Shown here piece after piece: positions 51,706-64,000 of a DNA stretch of 64,000 bases. The notes under the pieces were generated by a model. The model saw nothing but the letters and a program-made list of their open reading frames with translations, was not told where the DNA came from and made no database searches. The DNA comes from the human T2T-CHM13v2.0 reference genome, Homo sapiens: the NCBI RefSeq assembly GCF_009914755.1, contig NC_060931.1; one strand, 5' to 3'. Position 1 is the stretch's first letter. Each line of letters opens with the position of its first letter. The position numbers and the translations under genes are program-made.

Positions 51706-54692
51706 CTCAGATAATTGTGTACACTGCTGTGATGAACATATGCATGTGTCTTTATTGTAAAATGATTTAGACTCTTTTGGGTATATACCCAATTATGGGA
51801 TCACTGGGTCAAATGGTAGCTCTATCTTAAGTTTTATGAGAAATTATCACACTGCTTTCCACAGTGGCTGAAATAATTTATGTTCTCACTAGCAGTGTGT
51901 AAGCATTCTCTTTTCTCCACAATCTCACTAGCACCTGTTATTTTTTAACGTTTTAATATTAGCCATTCTAACTAGCATGAGATGGTGTCTCATTGTGATT
52001 TTGATTGGTATTTATCTAATAATTAGTGATGTTAAGCACATTTTCATATGCTTGTTGGCCATGTGTATGTCTTCTTTTCAGAACTGTCTATTGCTGTCCT
52101 TTGCCCACTTTTTGATAGAGTTATTTGGTTTTTGCTTTTTAACTTGTTTAAGTTCCTTCTAGATTATTGATATTAGACCTTGGTTGGATTCACAGTTTTC
52201 AAATTTTTTTTTTTTTGCTTTTTGTTGCAATTGCCTTTGCAGTCTTTGTCATCAAATCTTTGCCAGGACTTATGTCCAGAATGGTATTTCCTAGATTTTC
52301 TTCAAGTATTTTTATAGTTTTATGTTTTACATTGAAGTCTGTAATCCATCTTGAATTGATTTTTCTATATTGTGAAAAGAAGGGTCCAGTTTCAATCTTC
52401 TGCATATTACAAGCCAGTTGTCCCAGTGTCATTTATTGAACAGGGAGTCCTTCTGTTATTGCCTGTTTTTGTTGACCTTGTCAAAGATAAGAGGGTTGTA
52501 GGTGAGCAGCTTTGCTTCTGGGTTCTCTAACCTGTTCTGTTTGTCTGTCTGTTTTTGTACCAGCACTATGTGGTTTTCGGTACTGTGGCCTTGTAGAATA
52601 TTTTGAAGTTGAATAACGTGATGCCTCTGGCATTTTTCTTTTTGCTTAGGATTGTTTGGCAATTCAGGCTTTTTATTTTTATTTTTGATTCATATGAGTT
52701 TTAGAGTATTTTTTTCTAATTATGTTAAAAATGTAGTTGGTAGTTTGCTAGGAATGGCATTTACTATGTAAATTGCTTTGGGCAGTATGGCCATTTTAAC
52801 AATATTACTTCTTCCTATCCATGAGCACAGAATGTTTTATCAGTTGTTTGTGTTGTCTCTTATTCCTTTCACCAGTGTATTGTGACTCTTATTGTAGATT
52901 TCAAATTTTCAAATCTGGAGCAGAGAATCCAACCATGCTGTGCTGAACTTCTGTAGACACTGCGATACCACTAAGGGAGTGTCATTTCAAGCGTCTAAAT
53001 TCATGATAACGTGTTATACAATAATAGAAAACTAATAGAATGGCAACAATTGGAAATGAGTTTTTAATTCCAGTGGGGAGAGATTTATGGCAACTCTCAC
53101 CTAATCGTGTAGGTATCTTCAGTGATACAGAAGTGAGATCCTCCCCTGAGAATTAGGAAGACAGTGTAGAAGAATGAAATCAAAGTCTGATAATTGTCCA
53201 GTGCTCATTAAGTGCCAAGTAGCTAGTGAGGTGTCTTTCCCAAGTAAACACAGAGATTGTCTTATCCCCATATATAACGCACTTCCAGATGACTTCATTT
53301 GTACAATAATAAATCATTACTCTCTACACAGTTGATTACCATAAAACAGAATATTCACTCAGCCTGCACTAAAGTGCCTTCAATAAGAATTGGAAAAATA
53401 ACATTCATTCCAGTTTTGGAATGATAGAAATGTAAAACTCAATAACTGTCATAAAGTCTTGTTTTATTATATATGAATTAATAAGCAGAAAAAGTTGGTC
53501 TATAGGGCTATTAAAAAAACCATAAATATTGAGGAGAGCAAAAATGGAAGAGGGAGAGAACACTATGTTTCCTGGGACTGTTCAAATCTATGTTAAACTA
53601 CATTTTTAAAACTTAATATAGTATTCCACAAAATATCCCATGTCCTCATGTGACTTGGGAGAGGAATACCATGCCTAAGGAGACAATGTACTTCTGTACA
53701 GAGAGAAATATCTATAGAAACTGTTCAATAACAATGACAAGGGAAGTAGAGGTATATAGATGAGGGATCAAATATTAATTATGTCCAAGAATGGGAAAGG
53801 ACTTCAGTCAAGTCATTGAGCATAGAAGGGGTTCCATAGGGTATAGTTGGGAGAGTCCAAAATGATGTAAACAGTGGGGATTCATCAGGGAAAGCTCTCA
53901 GAACAGTATTGAGGTTAGGTGCTGGATTAGACAGATAGAGATATTGAAATTTTGTAAGGTAATTAATAAATGAAGGCAGTCTTCTAGGGCATGAGCTAAT
54001 GAGTGGTCTCCATAGAATGGAGTGGGGATAGTCTGATATAAAGGTTTTTGCATGCCAACATAGGCAGATATGTTAGAAGGCGCAAGTCTATAAAGGTTGG
54101 TGCTTCAGAGTTCAGTGCCCCAGTACACAGATCATAGCTTCAAAGTAGATTCTCTTTCACTGGTTGAGTGTCTTTGGAAAAGCTAATGAATCTTTCTTAC
54201 TTATAACTATAAACCTGTAAAATGAGAATAATAATGAGACATTTTTCTTAGCTTTATTGTGAGAGTAGGAAAGATGTGCAATCTGCCAAGCAATGACTTG
54301 CTAAGAATCAAAACAATTATTGCAAGATAAGTCTGTAAAAATACCAAAACACTTGGTGCTTGTGAAAAAAAAACCAGAAACTTAATATGAAATATAATAA
54401 ATGGATTTTGAATATGTACATTTTAAACACTACTTATTTGTTATATACTGAGAAGTCCAAATAATATGTCATACACTGAAGTTTTTGTAAGATTATAACT
54501 TTGCTGTACTAGAATGTAATAATTATAAATATATTTAGGATGTTTTAGCTATAGGTTAATTATAAAGAAAACAATTTTCTATGACTATAATTATTTCTCT
54601 CTGTAATTGTTAAGAAAGAAATGAGAAACTTTTTCTATATTTAGGGTGGTAACTAATTTATCACTCAAACAATGACACTTAAGATACAATGT

Positions 54693-54970
54693 GCACTCAG
54701 TTCCACAGGCTTAACAGGAAGAATGGCTGAGAGGCATCAGGAAACTTATATGGCAGAAGGGGATGTGGAAGCAAGGACTTTCTTAACATAGTGGCAGGAG
54801 ACAGAGAGAGTGAGCGAGGGGGGAAATGCCACACACTTTTAAACCATCAGATCTCATGAGAACTCACTATCTCAAGAACAGCAAGGGGGAAACAAACCTC
54901 CATGATCCAATCACTCCCACCAGGTCCCTCCTCCAATTTGACATGAGATTTGGGTGGGGACATAAATCAC
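54693..54970 (-). mobile_element. MST (MSTA-like) LTR fragment
   Basis: 'cagttccacaggcttaacaggaag...aaaccatcagatctcatgagaactcac...gagatttgggtggggaca'. Confidence 0.85.
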
Positions 54971-56889
54971 GAGCTAAACACAATTAGCAAGTACTAATTG
55001 ATGTATTCAAGGATAAAATGAGAATATTTATGCAAATAGTCATCCTATCTACAGAATCTTAAATATCTGTTTATAATTACTTGATTGAAATGAGAGAAAG
55101 TAAAATGCATTATGTTCTGAATTGGGGCTTCCAAGGTATTTAAGTAGTTACACTCTCACCACCACCCCACATTCCTTAGCACCTTCCACTTTCATGAAAA
55201 TTACAGCTACGATTATCATCAAGTTTTACAGGAGAAAATTAATTTGATTTGTTTTTAAAGTAGATGGACTGCAGAGGAAATAAGTACAGGATTTGGTGAA
55301 GACAGCATCTCAAGTATTTTTTATCTTCTTCTCTTTTTTAAATCCAACTTATCTTCATCTTTCAAGACAAGCAGCTTCTGACCCCAGCAGGTCAATGAGC
55401 TAGACATGGAGTGTGTGAGTGAGCCTTCAAAGTTTGCTGGAATTTAATAAGGTCAGCAAGCACAGGCATTTTTCCCCTTTCCAGTGTGAATAAAATGCAG
55501 CAGTTAAAGCCCCAGAATATCAGACAGGATATTTATTGTTTTAATTGTGCCCTTAAAGATAAAATCTCAGTGTCCCTAGTCTCCCGTTATATGGAGCAGA
55601 GAAGAAGCTCAACAAGTTGGCTGTCTTTTCCTCCCTGGTTCTGTAACTAGGAGATGACATGAAGGCTGGGGAGGAGAGAGTCCTCCTTGTATCTGGACAG
55701 GCACTGGCAAAATGCCTGCTGGAACAAAGTTGGCCATAGATTATTTTCTATTGTTTGAGCTATCACAAAACACAATGCATGGCATTCAACATCAGAACTT
55801 AATTTCCAAAGAACAAGCGAACTAAAATAAAATACAATAAAAGTATAAATAAATACATATAAATGAGTTTTCTCCAGTCTGCAGCTGAGTCTTGAGGGAG
55901 TCCTGATTAATATCATCCCTGTGTTTCCCACCTTGGTTTGGAATAAGTTGAGAATGGCAGAGGAGTGTAAACTGGGACCAAATCCATCACTAAAAGTGCT
56001 GATTTAGAAGATGAAAGTTAGATGTGCAACACAAATAGGCCTAATGATGAACCCCCACATTAGATGAACTGCCCTACACAAACGTAGGAACCACTGGTCA
56101 ATGACTAGGCTGTCCATGTGAGGGTCTAGCCCCATTAAACTTAGTGTTGACTAGAATGGGTCTTTCCTATATGTACCAAATTTCTAAAAGAAAAGAGGAC
56201 AGAGAGAGCTGAGTTATACTTTCTATATCCTTATGATTGAGCTGCAGGAATAATTAATGTCAATGTCTTTTTTTGTATAAGATGGCTTAAACTAGAACTG
56301 GGTTCCTATTTTCAGTTGTATGCCTTTGTTTTAATGAAAAAAAATCCTCTGGAAGTAGTTGGTTCTGAGTAGTTCATCTGAATAAAGAAGATATGCACTG
56401 TAGGGGCCCTAATCGCTGCCAGGCACCCAACTCCTCTATTCTTTAAAGCAAATGGGAAGCCTCCCTGGTCCCCTTACCCCTTCAGAAATCAGAAAGCTGT
56501 TATGGGAGGGCCTAGGAGGAATAGGAGTGCTAGGAGGAAAAGTATCAGACAATAAATGGATACAGTTTTAAACTGTTACATTTGAATGCAATAAAAATGT
56601 ATATACTATCCTAGGTGTAATGTCCTATCAAATATTCAAATTAAGTATATGTATTTCAATATGGTTTTATAAGAACTGTGATTTTAGTATTAAATATATT
56701 CTTAATTATTTTAAGCATGTGTGAATTGCTAAATGTTAGGGCTGGAGTGCAGGGGTTTATGATAGAGTAAGTCTTCCACATTCCTAGGATGAATTTTCTC
56801 TAAACACTCTTAACACGTTGCCCCATTCATTATTCTCGCATTATACATGTGGAATGAGTAATCTGATCACTGAATATTGTATCTTATAG

Positions 56890-58730
56890 AAGAACTATGT
56901 TTTCCTGTTGCTTTGCATCCTCACTAGCAATTGATATTGTGAAGTTTATTTTTGTATTTTATCACACTTAATGTTTAATGATTAACTCATTGTTGTTTGA
57001 AACTGTGCTTCCTAGAAGCCAAATTATGTTGAATATCTTTCTATATGCTTATTTGCCACCCATATATCTCCTTTGCTTTTGTTTGCTCAGGTCGTTGGTG
57101 CATTTAAAAAATATACACTGTTGCATTTTAAGAGTCCATTGTATATTTTGGATATAAATCCTTTGTATTGCATATTATTTCCAGATGTTCAAATGTTTCT
57201 CCTGGTGGCGACTGTCTTTTAATTCTCTTAACAATGTTTTTCACAGAGCAAAAATTTTAAATTTTAATATAGTCCAAATTATTGATTTTTTTGTGAATTG
57301 TGATTTTGTTACTGTGCCCAAAGACCCCTCACCAAACCTAGGGCCACATAGACTTTCTTCTTTGTTTAATTTTACATATTTTATAGATTTGTATTTTATA
57401 AAGGGCATTTATCTAAAGGAAAGGAAATCAATTTATCAAAGAGACATCTGTGCCCTCATGTTTAATGCATTACTATTTACAATAGCAATATATGAAATCA
57501 ACCTAGGTGTCCAACAACATATGAATGAATAAAAGAAAAAAGGGAGCATATATACACAATGGAATACTATTTAATTATAAAAAAGAATGAAATCCTGTCA
57601 TTCATGGCAACATGAACGAAACTGAAAGATATGATGTTAAGTGAAATGAGCCAGGAAAAGAAAGCCAAACACTATATGTTCTCACTCATTTGTGGAAGCA
57701 AACAAAAGTTGATCTCATAGAAGTAAAAAGTAGAGCAGAGTTTACTAAAGGCTGGGAAGTTTAGGGAGAGGGAGGAATAGTGAGAGATTGGTTAAAGGAT
57801 ACAAAATTACAGCTAGATAGGAAAAGTAAGTTCTAGTATTCTATACCACTGAAGGATGACTATAGTTAACAATAATAAATTTCTCCAAATAGCTAGAATG
57901 AGGATATTAGATGCTCCCAAAACAAAATAAATAAAAAATGCTAGAGATGATGGATATTCTAATCACAACTAATCTGATCACTGTACATTATATGTAAACA
58001 TCACTATGTGTTCCATAAATATGTATAATTATAGGTTAGTTTTAAAATCCTAAAATATAAAAGAAAAAAATAAAAACTATGATCCATATCAAGAATTTTT
58101 ATGTAAGATATAAAATGTGTGCCTATGTTATTACTACTTTTTTGCATATGATGTCCAAGTATTCTGGCATCATTTCTTGAAGAAATATTACAAATATAGA
58201 TATGTGCACAGGTTAGTATACACACATGCTTGTCTTATTCTTTCTACTGGTAGTCTAAAAGTAATGACACTTGGGTAGCAATAACTTCCTTTCTGCCTTT
58301 GTCAAAAATCAGTTGACCATATTTTTGTGGATCAATTTTTGAGTTCTCCATTCTGTTCTATTTATTTATGCCAATTATTTCCTCCATACAATAATATCTT
58401 GATTATTGTAGCATCCTATTAGTCTTAGAATAGAGTAGTTTGAGTCTTGTAACTTTTTTTAATAATTCCTGTGTTGTATTAAACCCTTTCCCCTTTCATA
58501 AAAATTTTAGAATTTGTTAATCAATATCTGCAAAATAACTTGCTGGTATTTTCATTGGAATTGTATTGAATCTGTAGATCAAGATGAGAAGAACTAACAT
58601 CTTTAATAATATTGAATCATCTTAATTCATAAATATGGAATCTCTCAATTTATTTAGTTCTTTTTTTCTCAGTGTTTATATCTTTTCTCATATATATCCT
58701 GTATGTGTTGTGTTAGATTTATATCTATGA
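56890..58730 (-). mobile_element. Old L1M fragment, antisense, with a nested sense L1MA 3' end
   Basis: Antisense motifs 'atatgcttatttgccacccatatatc', 'ctttgtcaaaaatcagttgaccatat', 'ttggaattgtattgaatctgtagatcaa'. Confidence 0.7.
57402..58076 (+). mobile_element. L1MA-type 3' end, sense
   Basis: 'tatcaaagagacatctgtgccctcatg', 'aagaatgaaatcctgtcattcatggcaacatg', 'aaaggatacaaaattacagctagatagg', A-rich tail. Confidence 0.85.
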
Positions 58731-58787
58731 GGCATAAAAAGAGGTAAAAAGATAATTTTCTACCTCTGAGATTTTCTATGAAAATAA

Positions 58788-59151
<364 letters not shown>

Positions 59152-62100
59152 CCTTTTCTAACTTTTTAACTGACAGCCAGTTAACACAAATACCATAGGT
59201 GCTTCACTGTAGAAGAGGAAACTAATTATTGACTTTTTGAAATTTATAGTGGTCAATCAATCTGATAGAGGATACTCACATTAAGTTCATGCATTTTTTA
59301 TTTTAACTGTTATATTTAAGACAGATGACAATGAATTAAAAAACTATTGACTTATTTATTTTTAATGAATGAAATTTTAATTTACAAAAATTGCTATGTT
59401 TATCATGTACAACATGATGTCTTGAAATACACATATATTTTAAATGGTTATATTGAGCTAATTCATATTTGTATTCATTATCACTGCTGACTACTCATAG
59501 CAGACTGATCAAATGCAGCCACCACTTGCTATTTCATTAACAACAATAAATCATTAAGTCTATTTTTAATTAAAATATTTTGAAAGGCAGTAATTTTCTT
59601 TCAGAATCTATAATATCAGTTTATTTCTGTGGTACATACACACATACACACACACACAGACGCACACACACAAACATACAATCACTTGCTGTGATTTTTC
59701 TATTATAATTGTGTTAAACTTTAATTGTTTCATTGTTGCTGTACATTATCTCTGGCTCTCATTTCCAGATAATAAAATAAAGTAATTTGACATGATGCTC
59801 AGTTATATATGACCAGGTATTTTAATAAAAGAAAAATTTTATTAACAAGAAATTTGCATCACCTTTTTATAATTCAAATATGACATGATTGCTGCCCTTA
59901 ATACTGCTTAGTTTAAAGCTAAAAACAGGGAAATAGCAAGGAAATCTTTTTGTAGTCTTTCTTCTCTGATATCTTTTATAAAGCTGAAGTTTTTCTTCTT
60001 TTTCCACCTTTATTTGATTTATGAATTAATAACAAAAACAATATAGACATAAAATCTAGAAATTAGTATATTCTCCAGGGAAGGTTGAAAATTTTTACGT
60101 TATCAAATTTTTCCATAGATCTACAATTTAGCAAGATGAAATGCAGATGGAATATTGGTAGTAGGCACCAGTCAAGAGCCATTCCACCTATCGCTTAATG
60201 TGATTCTCTCAGACTTTCATTTTTAGGCCCTAGGCTCCTTCCGAACACCTTTGTTCAAGTCTTCTCTGAGCTTTATTGAGCTTTTCACTTCCTCTTTGGA
60301 ACAACTAATTTATTCTTATTTCCTTGATGAAAACTGTTACTGAAGGAAATTAAACTGCCCATGAAGCAATAACTATGACTGTGGTTTTACTTTTTGATCT
60401 CTAAGTTGCATTGAACTATTTAATTTCTTAAGCCTGGGTTGGATAGGTGAATATAAAATTGTTTATCATAATAATAATGACTAAAATTGAGTTCCAAAGA
60501 AATAAAATGATATAATTCATTTCTCAAAACTCATGTCTCAAAAATCTATTGAGTAAAACCTAAAATTTTTAAAAGCTCACAATTATGTGAATGAATTGTT
60601 TTAATATAACCAATTTTAAAGACAGATTATTTTGATATCACTTTTTTTTTAACCATTGAATGAGTCCATGAATCTGAAAGCGATATATATTTCCCTTTAC
60701 CTCAAAATTGGCATCAAAACCAAAATGGTAAATAAGCAAATATTTCAGGCTGAGGACTAAATATCTTTAGAAAATTAATTTATAAGAATTAGGTGCATCC
60801 ACAGTAAGAGCTAAAATGAAACTTTTTCCTTGAGTTTTTTGACTGATTACAACACATTACGAGCTAGTACTATTTTTCCTTTTGACACTGTCCTTATTCA
60901 TCAAAATAAAGACATTATTCAGATTGTCTATATTTATTAATTTAATAAACTACAAGTAAACCACATAATTTAATGAGACTCTTACAATAAGGTGGTATTT
61001 ACATGATTCCCATACGAGTGTTTAGAAAGGATGGAATACTATCAAAAATAAATCCATCTTATAGGTCCAGCAATTGCTTGGTAATGAACCAACAAAGCCT
61101 GAAGCACAAGAAACGACCCTGGTGGTAATGGCGATGATGTGTTTAATGACTTCAGCTGAGTGGCTTTTAGGGAAGATAAACACACTAGGAAATGTGTTTT
61201 AAAATGTACCAAGGAGACATTTTGGTTTACTGAACACAGAATTTAATTTTAAAGGATTTTTGAAACAAGTGAAGATAAAATGAAGTTATGACTAGACCTT
61301 CCTCATAACAGGATTTCCAAAGGGGCAATGTTTATTGCTATTAGATTTTAGTTCCCTCTATTTTCAAAGCTATTACATGCAAGGTTGCCTAACAAAGAAA
61401 CGGTGGACTCAGAGCCCTTTTTATACTCGTTTTAATGTTGATGTTAAATGTAATTAGCATCAAGAAACCATGGTCAATGTCTTGAAGCCTAAACTAAAAA
61501 GAAAATATAAGAATAATTAGATTGGATTTAAACTTTCAACTAGAGGGAAAAGGTGCTCTGAAAGGACATTCTACAAATTTAAACACTGTAAGAAAATTAA
61601 AAAGTAATATATCTCAAAGTATCAAAATAAATTGCTATGTTTTTTTCTATCAAATTAGATGTCATACCTTGCTGTTCCACTGAATGTTTACATTTGTATA
61701 AATTCAATTATGTAGACTTAATAATCTATTTGCATTCTCAGTTTTATAGTGAGAAAGAATAAAATAATTACTATAAAATATATGCAATTTTAAAAGAGGA
61801 ATGTTAGGTCAAAGAGATGATTGAGTACACAATCCTCTCTCCACTCTCTTCAAAATTCCATTTGCAACAAATCCATTAATAAAGTACAATAATAAATAAA
61901 TTCATAAGAATGATAGAAAATAAGAAATAGAATCCATAGTTGATCTGAAATTTGGGGGAATTTCTATAAAAGAGAAGGCAATTGGACCGTAAATTTAAAA
62001 AACATTAATGAAAGGAAGAGGGTGGGAAGGATTAGATAAAGGAGGAAGTTTATCTGGAATTTAGTTGCAACAGATACCCATTAACTTGGTGGAGCACTTG

Positions 62101-62449
62101 AGTAAATACTATCCATCAGAGTCTTCTCTGTGTGAGCCAAAATAGCTGGTTTTATACCTGTCGACCATTTAGTCACTGAACATAGGATGTCCTGCGTGAC
62201 TTTAGGCAAGGTCACTCATTGAAACTGAGGCTGACTCTAAAGGAAACAGCGGGAGAGCTTTCTGCTGTTAGCACTATTAATAGCTGAACAAGTTCATTCT
62301 GAAAGGTAATTTGGATTTTGCATCTTTTATGTCTCTCACATCCAGGTTCTCTACAAAACAGATCTTGAGGCAAAGACTAAAAGAAGCTAAGAACATTATG
62401 CCAAGTGAAATAAGTCAGGTGTAGAAGGACAAATATCGTGTCATCTCTA

Positions 62450-64000
62450 CTGGTTTTATTTATTACATGATTTTCATTCTTATTTCCTTTTGTTACTTCT
62501 GTTTACTTTTCATTTACTTCTATTTACTTGTGGATTAATTTGCTCTTCATTTTATACTTTCATTAGATGAAAGTTAAAATCATGGATTTTACATTTTTTC
62601 CCTTAAAATGGGCATTTGAGGCTTTAGGACATCATTAAATAAATTCAATAATGTCCATGTGCTGCTTTTATTTCATTTATATTACAACATTTCCTATTTT
62701 TTTCTTGTCATTTAAAATATGAATCACATATTAATAAGTGAATTGCTTAATTTCAAAATATATTGAGATTATTTTTATTTCCCAATTTAATTTTATTGTG
62801 GCCAAAGAGCATGATCTGTATGATATTGGTCCTTTAAAATTTATTGAGACTTATTTTATGATTCAGCATATGGTCTGTCTAGATGAATACTTCATGGGCA
62901 CATCTAAAAGTTTTGAATATGTTCATTTTAGTATGTAGTATTCTATAAGTCTCTGTGAGGTAAATATTTTCACAGTGTTATTCATATCCCATCTGTTTGC
63001 ACTTTTTAATTTTATTGTTCTATCAATTACTGTAAGATGAGAGTTATGATCTCCAACTATTCCATGAATTTGCTTATTACTCTTCTTAGTCTATTCTGTT
63101 TTATATAGTTTGAAACTCTTTATTAGGTGCACACATATTTAAGATTAGTATGTCTTCTCAATGAATTGCAATATGAAGGCCCTATTTATCTTGGTAATAT
63201 TTCTTGTACTGAAATATATTAGTTTTATATTAAAAAACATAAACCTACCTTAATATGCTTAGTGTTTTCATGTTTTATACATATATATATGTTCTAGTCT
63301 TTTATAATCAATGTCTATTATTTATTGATTTATTGAATTAAAATGTGTCACTTGTAGATATATTTAGTGCTTGCTTTGTTATCCAAATAGACAATTACTG
63401 CCTTTTAGTGGTAGAATTTAGTTAATGTATATTTCATATAAATACTGTTATAGAAAGATGAGTCTAACATCTAGGTATTTGTTTTCTATTTTTTTCACTT
63501 TATAATGTTTTCAACTCTCTCTTGATTTTTTAAAAAAATATTTTCTCATACTTCTTTCAGAAAGTTTTAGTGGTTGCTGTGGTGAATAATATATGCATGT
63601 TTAATTTATCATAGTCTGTTTTCAAATAATATTATATTACTTTGTAGTGATATAAGAACCTTTGAGCAAAAACTAAAATTTCACTTATCTTCTTCACATC
63701 ATTTATACTCCTGTTCTCTTATCTTTGAGATCTATATATATTATAAGCCCCATGAATTCATTGTATTCATTTTATTTTTATTATTTTTGATTTTATTTTA
63801 GATTGTTGATAAACTTTAAAATAATTTTACTTGTGCATATGCATATAAATTAGATATATAATTTGTTTTTTAAAAATATATGCACCCTATATTTAATCTT
63901 TCTCATGCATTTTACCTTATCTTATACATCCCAGTCCAGGTGAAAAATTAATGTCTATTATCTTACTTAATCCCATGATGAGATACTTTCAGATTCTACT
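62450..64000 (-). mobile_element. Very old L1 (L1ME-like) fragment, antisense
   Basis: 'aaatttattgagacttattttatgattcagcatatggtc', 'ttattaggtgcacacatatttaagatt', 'atctccaactat'. Confidence 0.6.

Larger units (their letters stand above)
49432..52900 (-). mobile_element. L1PA (older, ~L1PA13-16) 3' portion, antisense, interrupted by MER52 and a templated insert
   Basis: 'gtgtgcaggtttgttacataggtaaattgtgtg', 'aatgtttagctcccacttgtaagt'; minus-strand ORF2 peptide '[31 protein letters not shown]'. Confidence 0.88.

Overview
AT-rich, gene-poor primate genomic DNA, most likely human because an AluYg6-diagnostic element is present. About half of the window is recognisable interspersed repeat. This includes a near-full-length L1PB1-type LINE with TSDs (2074-8006), an LTR-int-LTR MSTB (MaLR) provirus, solo THE1, MER41A, MER52 and LTR16 LTRs, six Alus, and old L1M, L2, MIR and MER33 fragments. 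No intact protein-coding gene can be supported. The most distinctive object is a ~4.7 kb L1-mediated HERV-W (HERV17/LTR17) processed pseudogene (43528-48210). It has a poly(A) tail, a ~27-nt 5' twin-priming inversion, and microhomology-bounded deletions in gag and in pol/env. Two old local templated insertions are not explained by any repeat family: a ~310 bp inverted copy placed inside a MER33 with a ~40 bp flanking duplication, and a ~207 bp direct copy of an MLT1/L1 junction placed inside the same L1. Several exon-like or microexon-like splice signals and one short protein-like ORF block (13.5-13.7 kb) need checking. No new biological system is demonstrable from sequence alone. Subfamily names come from remembered consensus sequences and should be confirmed with RepeatMasker/Dfam.
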